Shown piece after piece: positions 10,591-23,535 of a stretch of 64,000 nucleotides of DNA. The notes under the pieces are model-generated. The model saw only the letters and a list, made by a program, of their open reading frames with translations. It had not been told where the DNA came from and ran no database searches. The translations under genes and the position numbers were made by a program. Within the stretch, counting starts at the first letter, position 1, and each line of letters starts with the position of its first letter. The DNA comes from Oopsacas minuta (taxonomy: Eukaryota; Animalia; Porifera), in NCBI GenBank assembly GCA_024704765.1, contig JAKMXF010000088.1:124001-188000 (forward strand), read 5' to 3'.

Positions 10591-12983
10591 GGTTAGAATA
10601 CTGTATTAAGCATATGGTTGGCCAATAAGAAAGGAAAACTAAATTTCTGGGGGTATAATGTGCACTAGGACAGTTTATACCGAGTATTCTGTCCTAGCCA
10701 CTTCATATCCGGGTATATTCTGGTCTAGCCCATAATATGCCCGGTTATATTCTAATGGGGGTATATTTAGGGCTGCTACACCAGACTTAACCAAAATGAA
10801 GAGAATCTTGCAAAATAATGCCTGGAATAAGCTGAAGCTGGCATTAACTGAGCATCCAGACAAACGATGGAAAATTGAGAATTTCAAAGTAATCGAATAT
10901 CACCTAAAGCAGATTGAACCCCCGGGGTTGGGATATTATTACAGGAGGTTTCACCTCATTCGCTTGACAAATTTATTAATACAGCCAGACATATCTCATG
11001 TAACCCCAGAGCCGTTCCAGTAATGCAAACTAACCAGGTCAAACCGGGGCAAAATTTTTCCAAACCAGGTTTTGACAAGGTTGAGCTGGTCATATGGCAG
11101 GCACTCCCCTAATATGATACTAGTATGTATGCTAAATACATACACGTTAAGACGTTCTTAACTAATTTATGATGAGCGTAAATGGTAATGTTACAGGAAA
11201 AATTTAATATTTACTTTATGAAGAACACACAACATACAGTTTTCACATTAACACAACCATAATTTTGAGACTAGCGCTCCCTCAAAACATCTTATTAACA
11301 GAAAAGTTATGATTGATGGAAGTACTGATGCTCTATAATTAGGTTTAACCTGAGAGATAAAAACGGACCTGAACAATAATGTCAATTCGAGAATAGCCCT
11401 GAAAACTAAATGTCGTTTGAACGAATCTTGGCATCCACCAGCCAACATCCAAGGCAACCAATTATAATGTCACCAAACACGAATTGAACATGTAATTGTG
11501 GAATATATCGGAACTAAACATTGAGTAAGTCATTAAACGAATACGGCCGGATAAATGTGTGATTTTATGACGTCAAAAGATGCTAAAATCCCGTTTTTGT
11601 GCGTTGATTTGTTAAAATGAAGTGTTAAAATTTTAGTGTTCCTTTTCATTACGAGCGTAAAATTTCAGACTGTAATCGGTTATCTATATTATTAAAACGC
11701 GATTAATCGGTATATATATATATATATATATATGTAATGTAATATGTTAACCTCTACCGCGAAACATATTGACATCGTAAATTCATGCTATTTTCTTAAT
11801 TAATCTTTTATGACTCTAAATTGCTAAATATGAATTATAGTACGTGTATATAGCTTTCTTTAGTAAATCATAGTATTGTAAACAAAATTTATGTGGTGAG
11901 AAAATATATGGATCATAGAAAATTTAAACAGGCTACAAATGGGACCCTCAAGTACATGACAGGTACACATGTACTCAATGAGACTAACCAGGGGGGGTCA
12001 CTAGGTGTAGGTATTAACCCATAGGGTACTTGATTACAAAGATCATTTTTGGACCTAGCCTCACGAAGTACGCAATACTTCGCCAAATTCTCGCATTTGA
12101 TCCCTACACCACCCCCCGCCTGACATTCCTATAATACTTGGCCTTTTGAATCCAAATAGCATAGTTGTTTAGTCAAAATGTGTTTACATGTCCTTGTTCG
12201 AATTAACAAGAGTAGGACACTATCAAAGAAATACTACCCCCATAGTATTGTTCAGTCACATTTTATATACGTATATAAGTATGTGTACTTGTATGTACCT
12301 GACGGTCCCATTTGTACCCTCTTTAACTTTTCTGAAAGCCATATATTTTATCCTACCACAAATTTCGTCTCCAATATTATGATTTACTAAAGAGACTATG
12401 TTACACGTATTTTAATTTCATATTTAGCAATTCAGAAACAATAAAGTATTATTTAAGAAAAATAGCATGTTCCATAGCATAAAAATACATGTTGATAGAA
12501 GTTTGAAATTTGAATCACAGTTACCCCTCAATATGACAAATGTCCTGACGTCATAATTTTGACCAAATGTAACTCATCATGACTGTACAAAACATTACGA
12601 ATTGCACAGATTGCTAACCAAAAGCCACATAAGAGCTCCAGTATTACCACAGAAGGCCATTAGATGGAATTTGGATGGATCATGGATACTAAAAAATTCT
12701 CTTTCTTTATACTCGAGGCACGTAGTGCTGATTGTATTCCGTCGCGTAGCGACAATAAGCACTAATAAATATTACTCTTTAAGTAGCGACCTAGAAAGCA
12801 GCGCTCTAGTGTCTAATAAATTCTACCACAATGAAAATATAATTTTGGCCAATTTCTGGTGAGATTTAAGACTAGAAATGTCCCACACAGCAGATTTTTA
12901 GGTAAAATCTTACAGGGGCCGATTTCATTTTATATTTCTTTGGAAGAACATAGCAGAAACTTGGTCTCTGCATTTTCTATTAA

Positions 12984-13114
12984 CCAAATACGACGGAAAA
13001 TTTGTAATTTTATGACGTCAAATGGCGCTAAAATCTCGTTTTTTGTGCGGGAATTGGTAAAATAGTGGTCTTTTCTTTACGAGCGCGCGAGCGTAATACT
13101 CCGACCGTAATGGG
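12984..13114. mobile_element. piggyBac-like MITE (TTAA flanks); related copies at about 11515-11680 and 56666-56807
   Basis: TTAA-CC...GG-TTAA ends and a shared core TTTTATGACGTCAAA...GCTAAAATC.CGTTTTT.GTGCG. Confidence 0.65.
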
Positions 13115-13372
13115 TTAAATGGATTTAATTGTTCTATCATGATAGTCGAACTGTCATGCAACTTGCCAACCAAATAAATGATTGATCGACTATATTTTGT
13201 AATAGTCCATCAACCAATTATCTGGTTGACAAGTTGTGCTATTTGATTGGAGTATTTGGTTGGAGCGGTTTCGATCTCCTTATTAATTCACTCATTACAG
13301 AGCATTATTTTCATATTCGTTGTGACATGCTATGGTTGTAAATATTAGTAAATTAGTACGTAGATAGTCTCC

Positions 13373-13564
13373 ATGTCTAGTGTGAGTACTCCAAATGATG
13401 TTACAGATGAAGAAGATCCATTCTATACTATCATTGAGAAAACTGGTTGTAGTCAGTATCATTTTAATTTGCAAGACTGTTATGACAAAAATAAAGACTG
13501 GAAGTACTGTTCTGTGGAAATGAAAGAGTTCAAACAATGTATGAACAAAACTAAGAAGCAATAA
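13373..13564 (+). CDS. COA4: Cytochrome c oxidase assembly factor 4 (twin Cx9C CHCH protein)
   Basis: EEDPFYTIIEKTGCSQYHFNLQDCYDKNKDWKYCSVEMKEFKQCM: Cx9C-Cx9C spacing and the D-P...GC...C...DW..C...F..C pattern of COA4/CHCHD8. Confidence 0.88.
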   Translation: MSSVSTPNDVTDEEDPFYTIIEKTGCSQYHFNLQDCYDKNKDWKYCSVEMKEFKQCMNKTKKQ

Positions 13565-14254
13565 AATATTAGTTTGTTATTGTTGTTAGTTATTACCATA
13601 TTTATTATTACTATTAGGCCATAGTTAGTTGGAAATATGTTTCAGCTCCCTTTGGAAAGGTCCATTTATCCCAAACAACATCTCCATTTAATCTATAATA
13701 GCAGAGGGTTTTGGTCCAAATCCTCGAGAATAGTGAATTGATGATAATGATTTTGACACATAAGTGATTTTCAATCTATTGTATAATCGTGGAATTTCAA
13801 AATTAATGAAGAGTTCTTCAGTGAATTAATGGCTAATAACATACATGCTTCAAGTTTTTTTACAATTGGTTTATATATGTGATAATTATCTGTTCGTCTC
13901 ATAGACTCCTTTAGAGAAGGACTGGAACGTCGCGATCTCGGGGTTTTTAACTTGAGTCTGAGAGGCTCCAATTAAAAAATTGAAAAAGCATTAGAACCTA
14001 TATTTAACCTGTGGTTGGGGGCCAGACATAACCAAGAAGCTTAAAATAAGAGTATTGGCCACATTTCCCTTTGACCTTAGGCAGATATGAACTTCCTGTT
14101 TTCAACCATATTTCCTTATGTTTTTGGGATATTTGCATGTTTTGTGCAATGGCTGCGTGGTGATGTTTTATTTTTCTTGTTGCAAATATGTCTGCATGTT
14201 TATTGATATTGATTATGCATGATAATGTGTTTTGTTTTCAGCTTTTGTGACAAT

Positions 14255-16836
14255 ATGCCACGTCGTTGCAGCTGTTTTGGTTGTAGAGGAAACTATGATG
14301 GGACGCCTTACCTAAGGGTCATATCCTTCCCAAAGATCCTGAGGAGTGGGAGAGATGGATATTGGCAATGCCGAATGAAGACGAAAGCTTGAGGCGCTTG
14401 AAGGAGATATATATTTGTGAGAGACATTTCAATTGTGAATGGGTGTCAGTAAAGGGTGGAAAGCGACCAAAAGAACCGCCATCAATATTTCTGGAGTACC
14501 GAAATCAGTTTTGAAGCAGGTCACCTCAGCTCCACGCCCAACATCATCTACATCAGAATCAAGAGCTAAGAAAGTGCAGGCAGCTTATGAGGCTGCAGAC
14601 AAGATCCAAGATTTCGACCACTTCTCCGCCAAAATGAGCTCCTATTTTCCTGGCTTTAACTTCATAAAAGACCAGAAAAACCTGTATCTATCAAGAACTG
14701 ACGCTACTGGACAAACTGTCAAGCAGTTCTTTCATTTCCAACAAGTCAGTTCACCATTTGGATTCCTATTCTTGAATAGAGTTGAAAAAGATGGTATTGA
14801 GGTGTCCAAGCAACTATTTCCTTTGTAGAAGAACAGCTTACTCTCGAAATGGTCCCAGATTGGATACATAACTGACCAAGTAACGCCTATGAGTACACAA
14901 GCCAAGAAATTCTTGAGCACGCAATAAGCCAGCTCTGCAAGATGACTGAGGCGCACGAGCTTGCTCATTTCACCTTCCTTCTGTCGCAGCTGTGCCTTAT
15001 AATAAAACCTCCTGATGGACGCCGATTTGACACTGATACTATGATTTTCGCAGTGCAGCTTCACAACATATCACCTAGTGCATACAAAATGATTCGCCGA
15101 TCCGGCTTAATCATTCTGCCATCAACAGAAAAGGTAAAACAGATGCTTGCTAGGAGTCTGCAGGACTCCAACCTCATAACCTTGTTCGACCAGCTTAAGC
15201 CACAGCAGCGTTTGGTAAATTTAATGTTTGACGAGGTAAAGCTGGTCGAGACATTGCGATTTTCTGGAGGGCATGTTCTAGGATACTCTCAAAATACTGC
15301 AGCGGGTGGTGACCATGAAATGCTTGCTTCACATGCTATGGTGGTTGAAGTTGCCTGCCATTTTGGTGGTCCACGCTATATTCTACGCGTTTTGCCCTGC
15401 AAAAAACTAACTTCGGATCAGCTGAAAGAACTCCTTAATGAAGCTGGTTCAGTTGTAGTTGGTGCTGGCGGTACTGTGATTTCTTTAATATGTGACAATT
15501 GCAATACCAACCGCAGTGTTTATTCAAAGCTTGGAGAACCTGGAAGTTGTCAAGTGCTATCGATTCAAGAACAATCTATGTTCTTAGTGTACGACTACTT
15601 GCACATCTTCAAAAATATACGCAACAACTGGATTACTGTTGATAGCAAGACACTCTCATTTGTCGTAGATGGCAATGAGTACAAGCTTACTGGAGTGATA
15701 TTCAGAAGCTTTATGAGATCGACCGAGCTACTCCTATTCGTTTAACCAAGCTGACACACACTGCTATTTTCCCCAAGCCCCTTCAACGTCAGAGCGTACC
15801 ATTGGTATGTCAAGTGTTCAATGACAAGACTGTCGCTGCCTTGAAGACGTTCAAGGGTTCACTGGGCATCAGCGAAGGCACCATCATTCTCACCCAGACA
15901 ATGAGTGAGTGGTTCAAGATAATGAATGTGAAAGACCGTTTCTCAACTATCCGTCTTCGCGACGAATCCAGACAGCCTTGGACAGCAGACTGTACAAGTT
16001 TCACTAGGCTGGAGGAGGCCTGCCAAATTATATCTACCTGCGCATGGCAAGGAGGTGGTGGTCGTAAGCTGAAGCTAACTAAGCAAACTGCTGAGGCCTT
16101 CACTGTGTCCACACGTAATAATGTGGATGCTGCCAAATTGCTTCTGGAGGACAAAGACTTTGACTACGTTCTTCCTGCTATATTCGTGGATGAAGCCTTG
16201 GAAAAGTTTTTCGGCCAAGCCAGACAAAGAAGAGGTGGAAACTTTTACATTGACGTAGTTGACATTATGGCTGCAGCTAAAATTGTAAACTTGCAGACAC
16301 TCAGTAAGCATGACATTATGGTAGAATCGAGTTCTCGTGTGCATGATTGTGACAAGAATTGTACAACTTCCGAAAATCCAGCTGAGCGAAGTGAATTTAT
16401 TGACGAGATCACTCCTCAAGACACTCAAGAACTCTTGAGGTCTGATGATACCCTTAAGCATAAAGTTGTTTATTTGGCCGGATACCTTGTTTATAAATTT
16501 GGTGATAGCACTAGTATGGAGGAGATCATTGGTGATGAAGATGGTAACGAGGTGTCATCTGAGTTCCTAGATAATTTGAATAGAGGTGGACTGAGTGTGC
16601 CGACTATGTCAACTGTCTTTTTTGTACACAATGCCTATAATTTGCATGACCAGACTAAAATGCGTTGCCGCTTTCATTTTGCTGAGCTATTATCCTTTGT
16701 AGCTGCACCTTTAGCAGGTAATAAGGCTGCATGTACTACTTTAGCTAACATTCTATTGAAAGCTCATGTCCTCAATGTAAGTGACAAAGAAAAGTCTTTG
16801 GGATGCCTCAGAAGGCAAGACAAGCTCTCTAACTAA
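14255..16836 (+). pseudogene. THAP-domain P-type transposase, multiply frameshifted
   Basis: THAP domain MPRRCSCFGC...W...ICERHF; RNase H motifs LMFDEVKL, LICDNCNTN, VYDYLHIFKNIRNNW and EALEKFFGQARQRRGGN; split over at least four frames. Confidence 0.9.
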
Positions 16837-16900
16837 CGATAGGCATAGACAATGTTGTAATAGACATAGTGTTGTGATATGCATATAATGTAATTACATA

Positions 16901-17070
16901 CAGTAGAACTCGGATAAGACGTCCCCCCTCGGGTAGTCTAAAAAAGTACGTACTATCCGAGTTGTATTTACATAGAATCCTATGTAATAATGAATTTTGG
17001 TTCATAAAATTTAGCACGTACTAAGCCGAAATACGTCTTATCCAGGGTATGTGCTAACCAAGTTCTACTG
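16901..17070. mobile_element. pogo-type MITE family B nested in the P element (relatives near 23082, 33355-33490, 53575, 54175-54339 and 55720-55850)
   Basis: TA-CAGTAGAACT...AGTTCTACTG-TA termini; core GTACGTCTTATCCGAG recurs at the other loci. Confidence 0.8.
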
Positions 17071-17699
17071 TATATGACAATAAATATCAAATTTGTGCTG
17101 CTATACACTACTGCGTCTCATTACAATCAGCCATCTCTCACCTTTATTTGTTAGACAAAAAAAGGGCAAAAATTACCAAAATTCACCCATTTGACATTGA
17201 AATATGACCTTGGGACCTTTAAGATGACCGCAGGTGGTGTTGAAAATGGCGCCATTGAACTCGCCGTCCTTAAATCTCCTATGTGGACCCGAGATCGTGT
17301 CTCTAGCCCTTCTAGAAGTCATTTTAGCCAGGACTCAAGTTAATCCTTCAGACTCAAGTTAAAACCCCGAGCATGGGAGGATTCAGTCCTTCTTTAAAGG
17401 AGTCTATGGTTCGTCTATTTATTCTAGTTAGAGTTGCAGCCTAGTGTATTTTGCGTCCCTGGCTGCCCGTTTTAAAATATCTCTTTACCGGAAGTGGGTT
17501 ATATTTTGCCCAGGGTAGCTGAGAACTAAAACGATGAGTATAATCTACATAGGTATATTTCAATATTATGTGTACTTATTACTGTGAGTGACTAATTAAT
17601 AGTCACTTGCAGTTATGAGTACACGCATAAATGATTACAAGGAAACAAGAATCTATAGACAGGTTTGTTACCTAATCTTATCTCGAGTTATTTTGACAA

Positions 17700-18748
17700 T
17701 TTTGAATTGTAATCGAATGTTCAAAAATTACTTCCACTATGGTTAAAGCTTAGACATTTCTGTCGATTCAGAGTTCCGAAAGAATCACAGCGTTCAGGGA
17801 CGAAATTTTGAATGTACATTAGTTTCTGTTTTGTGTAAGTCATTCGGTATAAGAAAACCCGTCAATCTGCATATCATCCACAAGAAGATGGGTTGGTTGA
17901 AAGGTCAAACAGAATATTTTTAGATATGCTTCGTTCTTATGCTAAGAGTGAAGATGATTGGGAAAAATATCTTCCATTTATGCTGTATGCGTATAAATAA
18001 CTCTCTTCATTCTTCAACCAAGACGTCATCCTTCAAGTTAATGTTCGGGAGGGTTCCAAGATTAGCTGCTGACGGAATTGAAGAATTAGCTTAGGATGCG
18101 AAATCTTACGAAAAGCAACTGGAAGAAACATTAAAAATAATGGAGGATTAGTCAAAGAGCGCCTTCTCATAGCCATGCAATCTGAGTACTGGTATGATAC
18201 TCATGCATCGAGAGCTGTTTCGTTCAGAGTAGGAGAATTTATTTGGCTAAGTATTCCAATTCGAAGTAGGCTACAACCAAGGTGGGAGGGAGGATGGACA
18301 GTTATGGAGATACTGAGTGAGTTAGTGAGGTAAATATTAGGATAAAGCACAAAAATGTAAGACAGCGAGTGGTACATGTGAATAGGTTGCGAGTGCGATA
18401 TAATGGAAACAAAATACGAGGAGCCTTTTATGAATATTCAGAATGCAAGATTGCTGGAGATAATCTAAATTCTTCTTTGTTAGATATTGAACCTGACAAT
18501 CCCATTCAATTAGTGCCAAGAAAATCTGGGAGGATTAGAAGACTACTTATTAGGCTAATTGGCTAAACTGTAGGAGGAGGAGAATGTAAGGTAATTAGTT
18601 TAGAAAGCAGATATTTGATTGATTGATACTCAATTATACAGCCGGTATTCATTCTTAGATTAATTAGGTGATAATTTATGTAAAACTAGAGAGATTGCTA
18701 TTCTGTAATAAGTTGTAGTTAATTAATTGTATAATTAAAAACATTACA
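17700..18748 (+). mobile_element. Gypsy LTR retrotransposon 3' remnant: integrase core, PPT and candidate 164-bp 3' LTR
   Basis: HSxQGRNFECTLV...AYHPQEDGLVERSNRIFLDMLRSY...DWEKYLPFMLYAY; PPT AGGAGGAGGAGAA at 18572-18584, immediately followed by TGTAA (18585)...TTACA (18748). Confidence 0.82.
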
Positions 18749-19497
18749 TGAGCATGTAGTGGTTAATTCGAACTGAATTAGCTGATGAATCAGAGCTCAA
18801 TTTTCTTTATTTAGCATACTATTTCCAAATACCATGTGTAATTTTCACTAAAACTGCTAACTACAATTAGATACATTCCAGCAACGTATTCAAACATAGT
18901 TTCTATATTTCGTATTTGTAGAACACGATTGTTACAATAATTTGTCAATTTAAATTATTTTTAAAATTTGCGGGTTGACTGAATAAGGCCGAATTATTAA
19001 TTTCAAAAAGTGGCATAAAAATTTTTGATTTTGTCCTTTCAATATTGGATTAGGTCTTAACTTTCGATATCGGATTGAGTCCCTAGAATTTGTTCTAAAC
19101 TCAAACACTGGAATTTACCTAAAACTCAAATACTCGATTTGTCCCAAATGTACTATAATTTCTCGCTTTAAAAATACACCGGCAAACAACTATGGGGTGG
19201 TCAAGAAGTCTGGACAACAGTCCAGGGATAGATATACACTATTTCAAGGGAAGTACTTCACAAACTACCTGATAGTGAATATAAATAAACAAATCCCACA
19301 AGTTTAGCTGGTTTATCCAATCCGGTCCCTGGGGTGTAACTACCATTGAGGCAGAGGAGGCAGTTGCCTCGCTTTTCGGGTGTTGCCTCATCTCCCTATC
19401 GTAATCGCCATTATATTGTGGCAACTATCCATCCTTGCCTCCTCCCTCTGGGATCTCTAGTTACGCCCAGGCTCTACCTTGACCTTAATGATAAAAC

Positions 19498-19690
19498 TAT
19501 AAATTTACAACCTGTGCCGACAGCTTTGTCTATTAAATTTAATTTGTTTAAATAGTGGCACTATTAATTGGAGGCACTATGAAAGGTTAGGTTTAATCCC
19601 AATATACATAGTGCCTCCAATTAATAGTGCCACTTTTTAAACAAATTAAATTTAATAGACTAAGCTGTCGGCACAGGTTGTAATTTTATA
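19498..19690. repeat. Long foldback inverted repeat: 84-bp arms (3 mismatches), 25-nt loop
   Basis: 19498-19581 is the reverse complement of 19607-19690, checked base by base. Confidence 0.95.
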
Positions 19691-20996
19691 TTTTTTCCTC
19701 GCTCCACTCGGATTTCAAATCCATCAAACAATATATTTACATTTTACTATGATTAGCCAGTCCATATAATGTTCAATTTGTTTGCAATAATTATCAGTTG
19801 ACTAAATAATATTAATAGAAGGGAATACCGGAGAAGATTTGATCGGTAGAAATTCAAGAGTGTCAAATTCGGAATCAGCGTATTGAATTACCCCCTCATG
19901 CTGTTTGGAACAATCTTCTACGATTATTCAAAGGTTAAATAATCGGGGAAATACAGGTCTTTTAAATTATCCATGGTTAAATTGAAAAATATTATATTCA
20001 TAAATATTATCGAAATAATTAAAGCTACCATTAAATTTATATATTCAATGAATGCATATTATATAAAACACTAGCTTTACCTATTGTATAACTAATAATA
20101 TTTAACATCTAAGAACAATAGAATTATTACCGATGACGTAGTGCTATAAAATGAATATTTTTCATTTTCTTTAAGCCAAAGAACTATAACCAATACAAAA
20201 ATTCTAGAAGAGTACGAAGGTGTAGATTTTTCTCTTTCGAAAGGTGTGAAATTTGGCACCTTTTCTTTCATAATTTTTGCTAGAGGCCAGACAATAGTTT
20301 AACCAGTGTGAAATAGTGGCACTTTGTGTCCGATTGATTAGCAAAGGGGAGAAGCACACCCGACGAACATCTTCAATAGTTCTCACACCATATATCACCT
20401 TAATTCTATACAATACAGGGTTGCAGACCTTCCACGGAGAAAAAAATATAAGACCCATTTCAACTGGGCCACTATACTAAAGTATAGCCGGCACAGTAAA
20501 AACAAAATGAATTAAACATCTTCCAAAACATTTACACATTTTCCATATGCTAAAATCTATAAGGTGAATCTGCCTAAGCTACAAAGCGTCACTCACTTAA
20601 GATATTATAATGCACATGCTCCTAAATTTATTGTTACCAGCATTTGCATCAAATCCACTTGATCAGAAAACAACCCTTATTCATTCTAAATGTTCCGAGT
20701 GATTATGCCTTGTTCCAATGCTTTATATACATTCCTGGTCATTTGCTACTGCACTGGTCTCAGCTTTAGGAGCATTTCAGGGGCAGGTCCATGATTATTC
20801 AAAGGGAGGTCTAAGCTTGAGCGTTACTATCACTATAAAGGTATTTGGGGTAATTACTGGATATATTACACAAAAATAAATAAAGGGGATTCTTCCCTCT
20901 AGACCCTATCCTTGGATCCGCCCCTGCATTGCTCAATCTTGATTAGGAGCAGTTTCAGTTTTCATAATTAAAATTTTTCTGTCGAATTAGAATAAC

Positions 20997-22376
20997 ATGA
21001 AATTCATCGGCCAAGTATTTCTATTTCTTGCTAACCTTTTAATAATCTTTGCTAAATCTCCGCAAGAGTGGAAAAGTAGGATAGTGTATCAGCTCCTCAC
21101 TGACAGATTCTCTCAGTCGAACTCTAGCTCGCCTTGTCAAGACCTTTCTTCATATTGCGGAGGTACCTTTCAAGGAATTATCAACCATCTTGACTATATT
21201 CAAAATCTGGGTATTAACGCTATTTGGATTAGTCCAATTATTCTTCAAACCAATAATGGTTACCATGGTTACTGGGCTCAGGATATTTATCAAATAAACC
21301 CACATTTTGGTACCAGTCAAGATTTAAAAGATCTTGTAAATGCCTGTCATTCTAAGGATATATGGGTGATGCTTGATGTCGTAGCTAACCACATGGGTAA
21401 TCAAGGTAATATCAATGACTTCAGTTACTTCGTTCCGTTTAATAAGGCTGAATATTACCACAAATATTGCATTATAAATAACTGGGCCAACCAGACTGAA
21501 GTAGAAATATGCAGATTGGCAGGTCTCCCAGATCTTGATCAGTCTAACAGCTTTGTGTCTCAAACACTTCTGAAGTGGATTATGGAAGTGGTATCAAATT
21601 ATTCCTTCGATGGTATTAGGATTGATACAGTACCGGAAGTACCTTTCGATTTCTGGGTAAAGTACGCGAAATCTGCAGGAGTTTATTCTGTAGGAGAATG
21701 TCTTAATGGTAATGTTGGATATGTTGAGCACTACCAGAATGCGCTTAGTGGAATGCTTAACTATCCAATGTTCTTTACACTAAGAGATGTATTCCAGAAC
21801 AAGCAAAGTATGGATCAGTTACGAGCCAGGATTAGTGAAGAGAGTACATTCCCTGACATAACTCTTCTGGGTAATTTCATTGATAATCATGATAACCCTA
21901 GGTTTCTGCATCAAAACGGAGATTACACTCTTCTGATTAATGCTCTCACATTTACTATCTTCCAAGAAGGAATTCCTATTATCTACTACGGTACTGAGCA
22001 GGGATTTGCTGGGGGTAAAGATCCCAATAACAGAGAGAGTTTGTTTGGTAACTTTAATCAGAATCACATATTATACAGAGTGATAAGTACAATTAACAAA
22101 TTCAAATTGTCACAAGGAAGTGATGTGTATAATTCACAACAGATTCAGAGGTATTCAGATGATCAATTCTACGCGTACACAAGAGGAATGATATTTGTTG
22201 GTGTCAGCAACTTAGGATCTAATGGACACAGTGTTCATACCATTACATACCACCCTTATAGCAACAATACCCAATTGAAAAATGCTCTTAATGAAACAGA
22301 TCAAGTTAAAGTGAATAATGGAAAGTTCCAGGTTAACATCTGGAATGGTCAGCCTAAACTCTATTTTCCGAATTAG
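20997..22376 (+). CDS. Secreted alpha-amylase, GH13 subfamily 1 (Taka/Dictyostelium type), single exon
   Basis: Signal peptide; WKSRIVYQLLTDRF, GINAIWISP, YHGYW and DVVANH; catalytic D (GIRIDTV), E (VGECL) and D (FIDNHD). Confidence 0.95.
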   Translation: MKFIGQVFLFLANLLIIFAKSPQEWKSRIVYQLLTDRFSQSNSSSPCQDLSSYCGGTFQGIINHLDYIQNLGINAIWISPIILQTNNGYHGYWAQDIYQINPHFGTSQDLKDLVNACHSKDIWVMLDVVANHMGNQGNINDFSYFVPFNKAEYYHKYCIINNWANQTEVEICRLAGLPDLDQSNSFVSQTLLKWIMEVVSNYSFDGIRIDTVPEVPFDFWVKYAKSAGVYSVGECLNGNVGYVEHYQNALSGMLNYPMFFTLRDVFQNKQSMDQLRARISEESTFPDITLLGNFIDNHDNPRFLHQNGDYTLLINALTFTIFQEGIPIIYYGTEQGFAGGKDPNNRESLFGNFNQNHILYRVISTINKFKLSQGSDVYNSQQIQRYSDDQFYAYTRGMIFVGVSNLGSNGHSVHTITYHPYSNNTQLKNALNETDQVKVNNGKFQVNIWNGQPKLYFPN

Positions 22377-23535
22377 ATTTCCAAAATCTATTATTTTTAG
22401 TTAATTACTTCAGACTCTGTAGCCTAGTTTTGATTCATTTTCACTTATTTAAGCAAATTTTTATTTCCTTCTTAGCTTCTTTCTCTTTCTAATATTTTGT
22501 ATAATTTATTAAATTTATTATTCTCAATTAATCAATAATGCTTTTATAAAAACTTGATTAGATTATTGGATAGCGGTAAATTGGGACAGATTTACATATC
22601 AGATTTTGCCCAATTAAGCGAGTCTATTTCTTCGCTAGTAGTTGATAATGTTTGCCTACATTGCGCCCTAAACTAGTAACAAGTCCTTAATATATCAGTC
22701 ATATCTTATCTTGAGGTGTTCATGTTTAAATTAAACCTATTTACATGGTTGTGTTTCTGTCCGAGTGACCTGATTTACTGGTGTACCTTCCAACATATAC
22801 ATCTGAGAATATGTTGTAGAATGTAGATTGTAGAAAATATAGATGTAGTTGTAGTTCTGATGATGATAGGTTAAAGCATCCATATCCCATATGTATTCCC
22901 TCGGAGAATCTACCAGAGACCACAATATCTAATCACAATAGTTATAATACAAAACGACTATAGTATTTGTAAGTATATTTCAGTTGAGTGTCCAATTACA
23001 CAAATAGTATTATTCACTTCTAATTACCATTAGGCTCACTAATACAATTATGAAAATCATAAATATATTTGTGTAATTTACAGTAGAACTTTGTTAAGAC
23101 CTACTTGCTTGGGAAACAAAAGAGTACGTATTAACCTAACTTGTTTAATACGTCTTTCAATGAAGACTTATTATACGTTAAATCTCAATTTTTGGTGACG
23201 TAATTTCTGTAATAAATATTTTGCATCAAAAGAGTAGTTCTCGAATTATTAATGAGAAATCTCAGTACAGTTGACAAAATTATATAATACTTGATAATAA
23301 TGTGACTTATACAAGTCTAACAATGTCAAAATTGATATTTCGAGGTTAACCTAGACATACAATACCTTCAAATAGGATCATGTATAACGTATTATACGTT
23401 TAATACGTTATACATATTATACAACTTAGGTATTATCCGAGGTTGTCAGTATCAGTATAATCAATAGAAGTTTGTATTATCCGAATTTCTACCGATAAGA
23501 TAAATCCTATTGTGATTAGAATCAGATTTGATCAT

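Larger units (their letters stand above)
13900..17408 (+). mobile_element. Full-length P-element/THAP9-superfamily DNA transposon, 3509 bp
   Basis: TIR CATAGACTCCTTTA(G/A)AGAAGGACTG (24/25) at both ends plus a second matching block CTCGGGGTTTT(T)AACTTGAGTCTGA. Perfect 8-bp TSD GTTCGTCT at 13892-13899 and 17409-17416. Confidence 0.95.

Noticed and set aside
10796-11023. ORF MKRILQNNAW... as a gene
   Set aside because: No recognisable motif, short, and embedded in repeat-like DNA.
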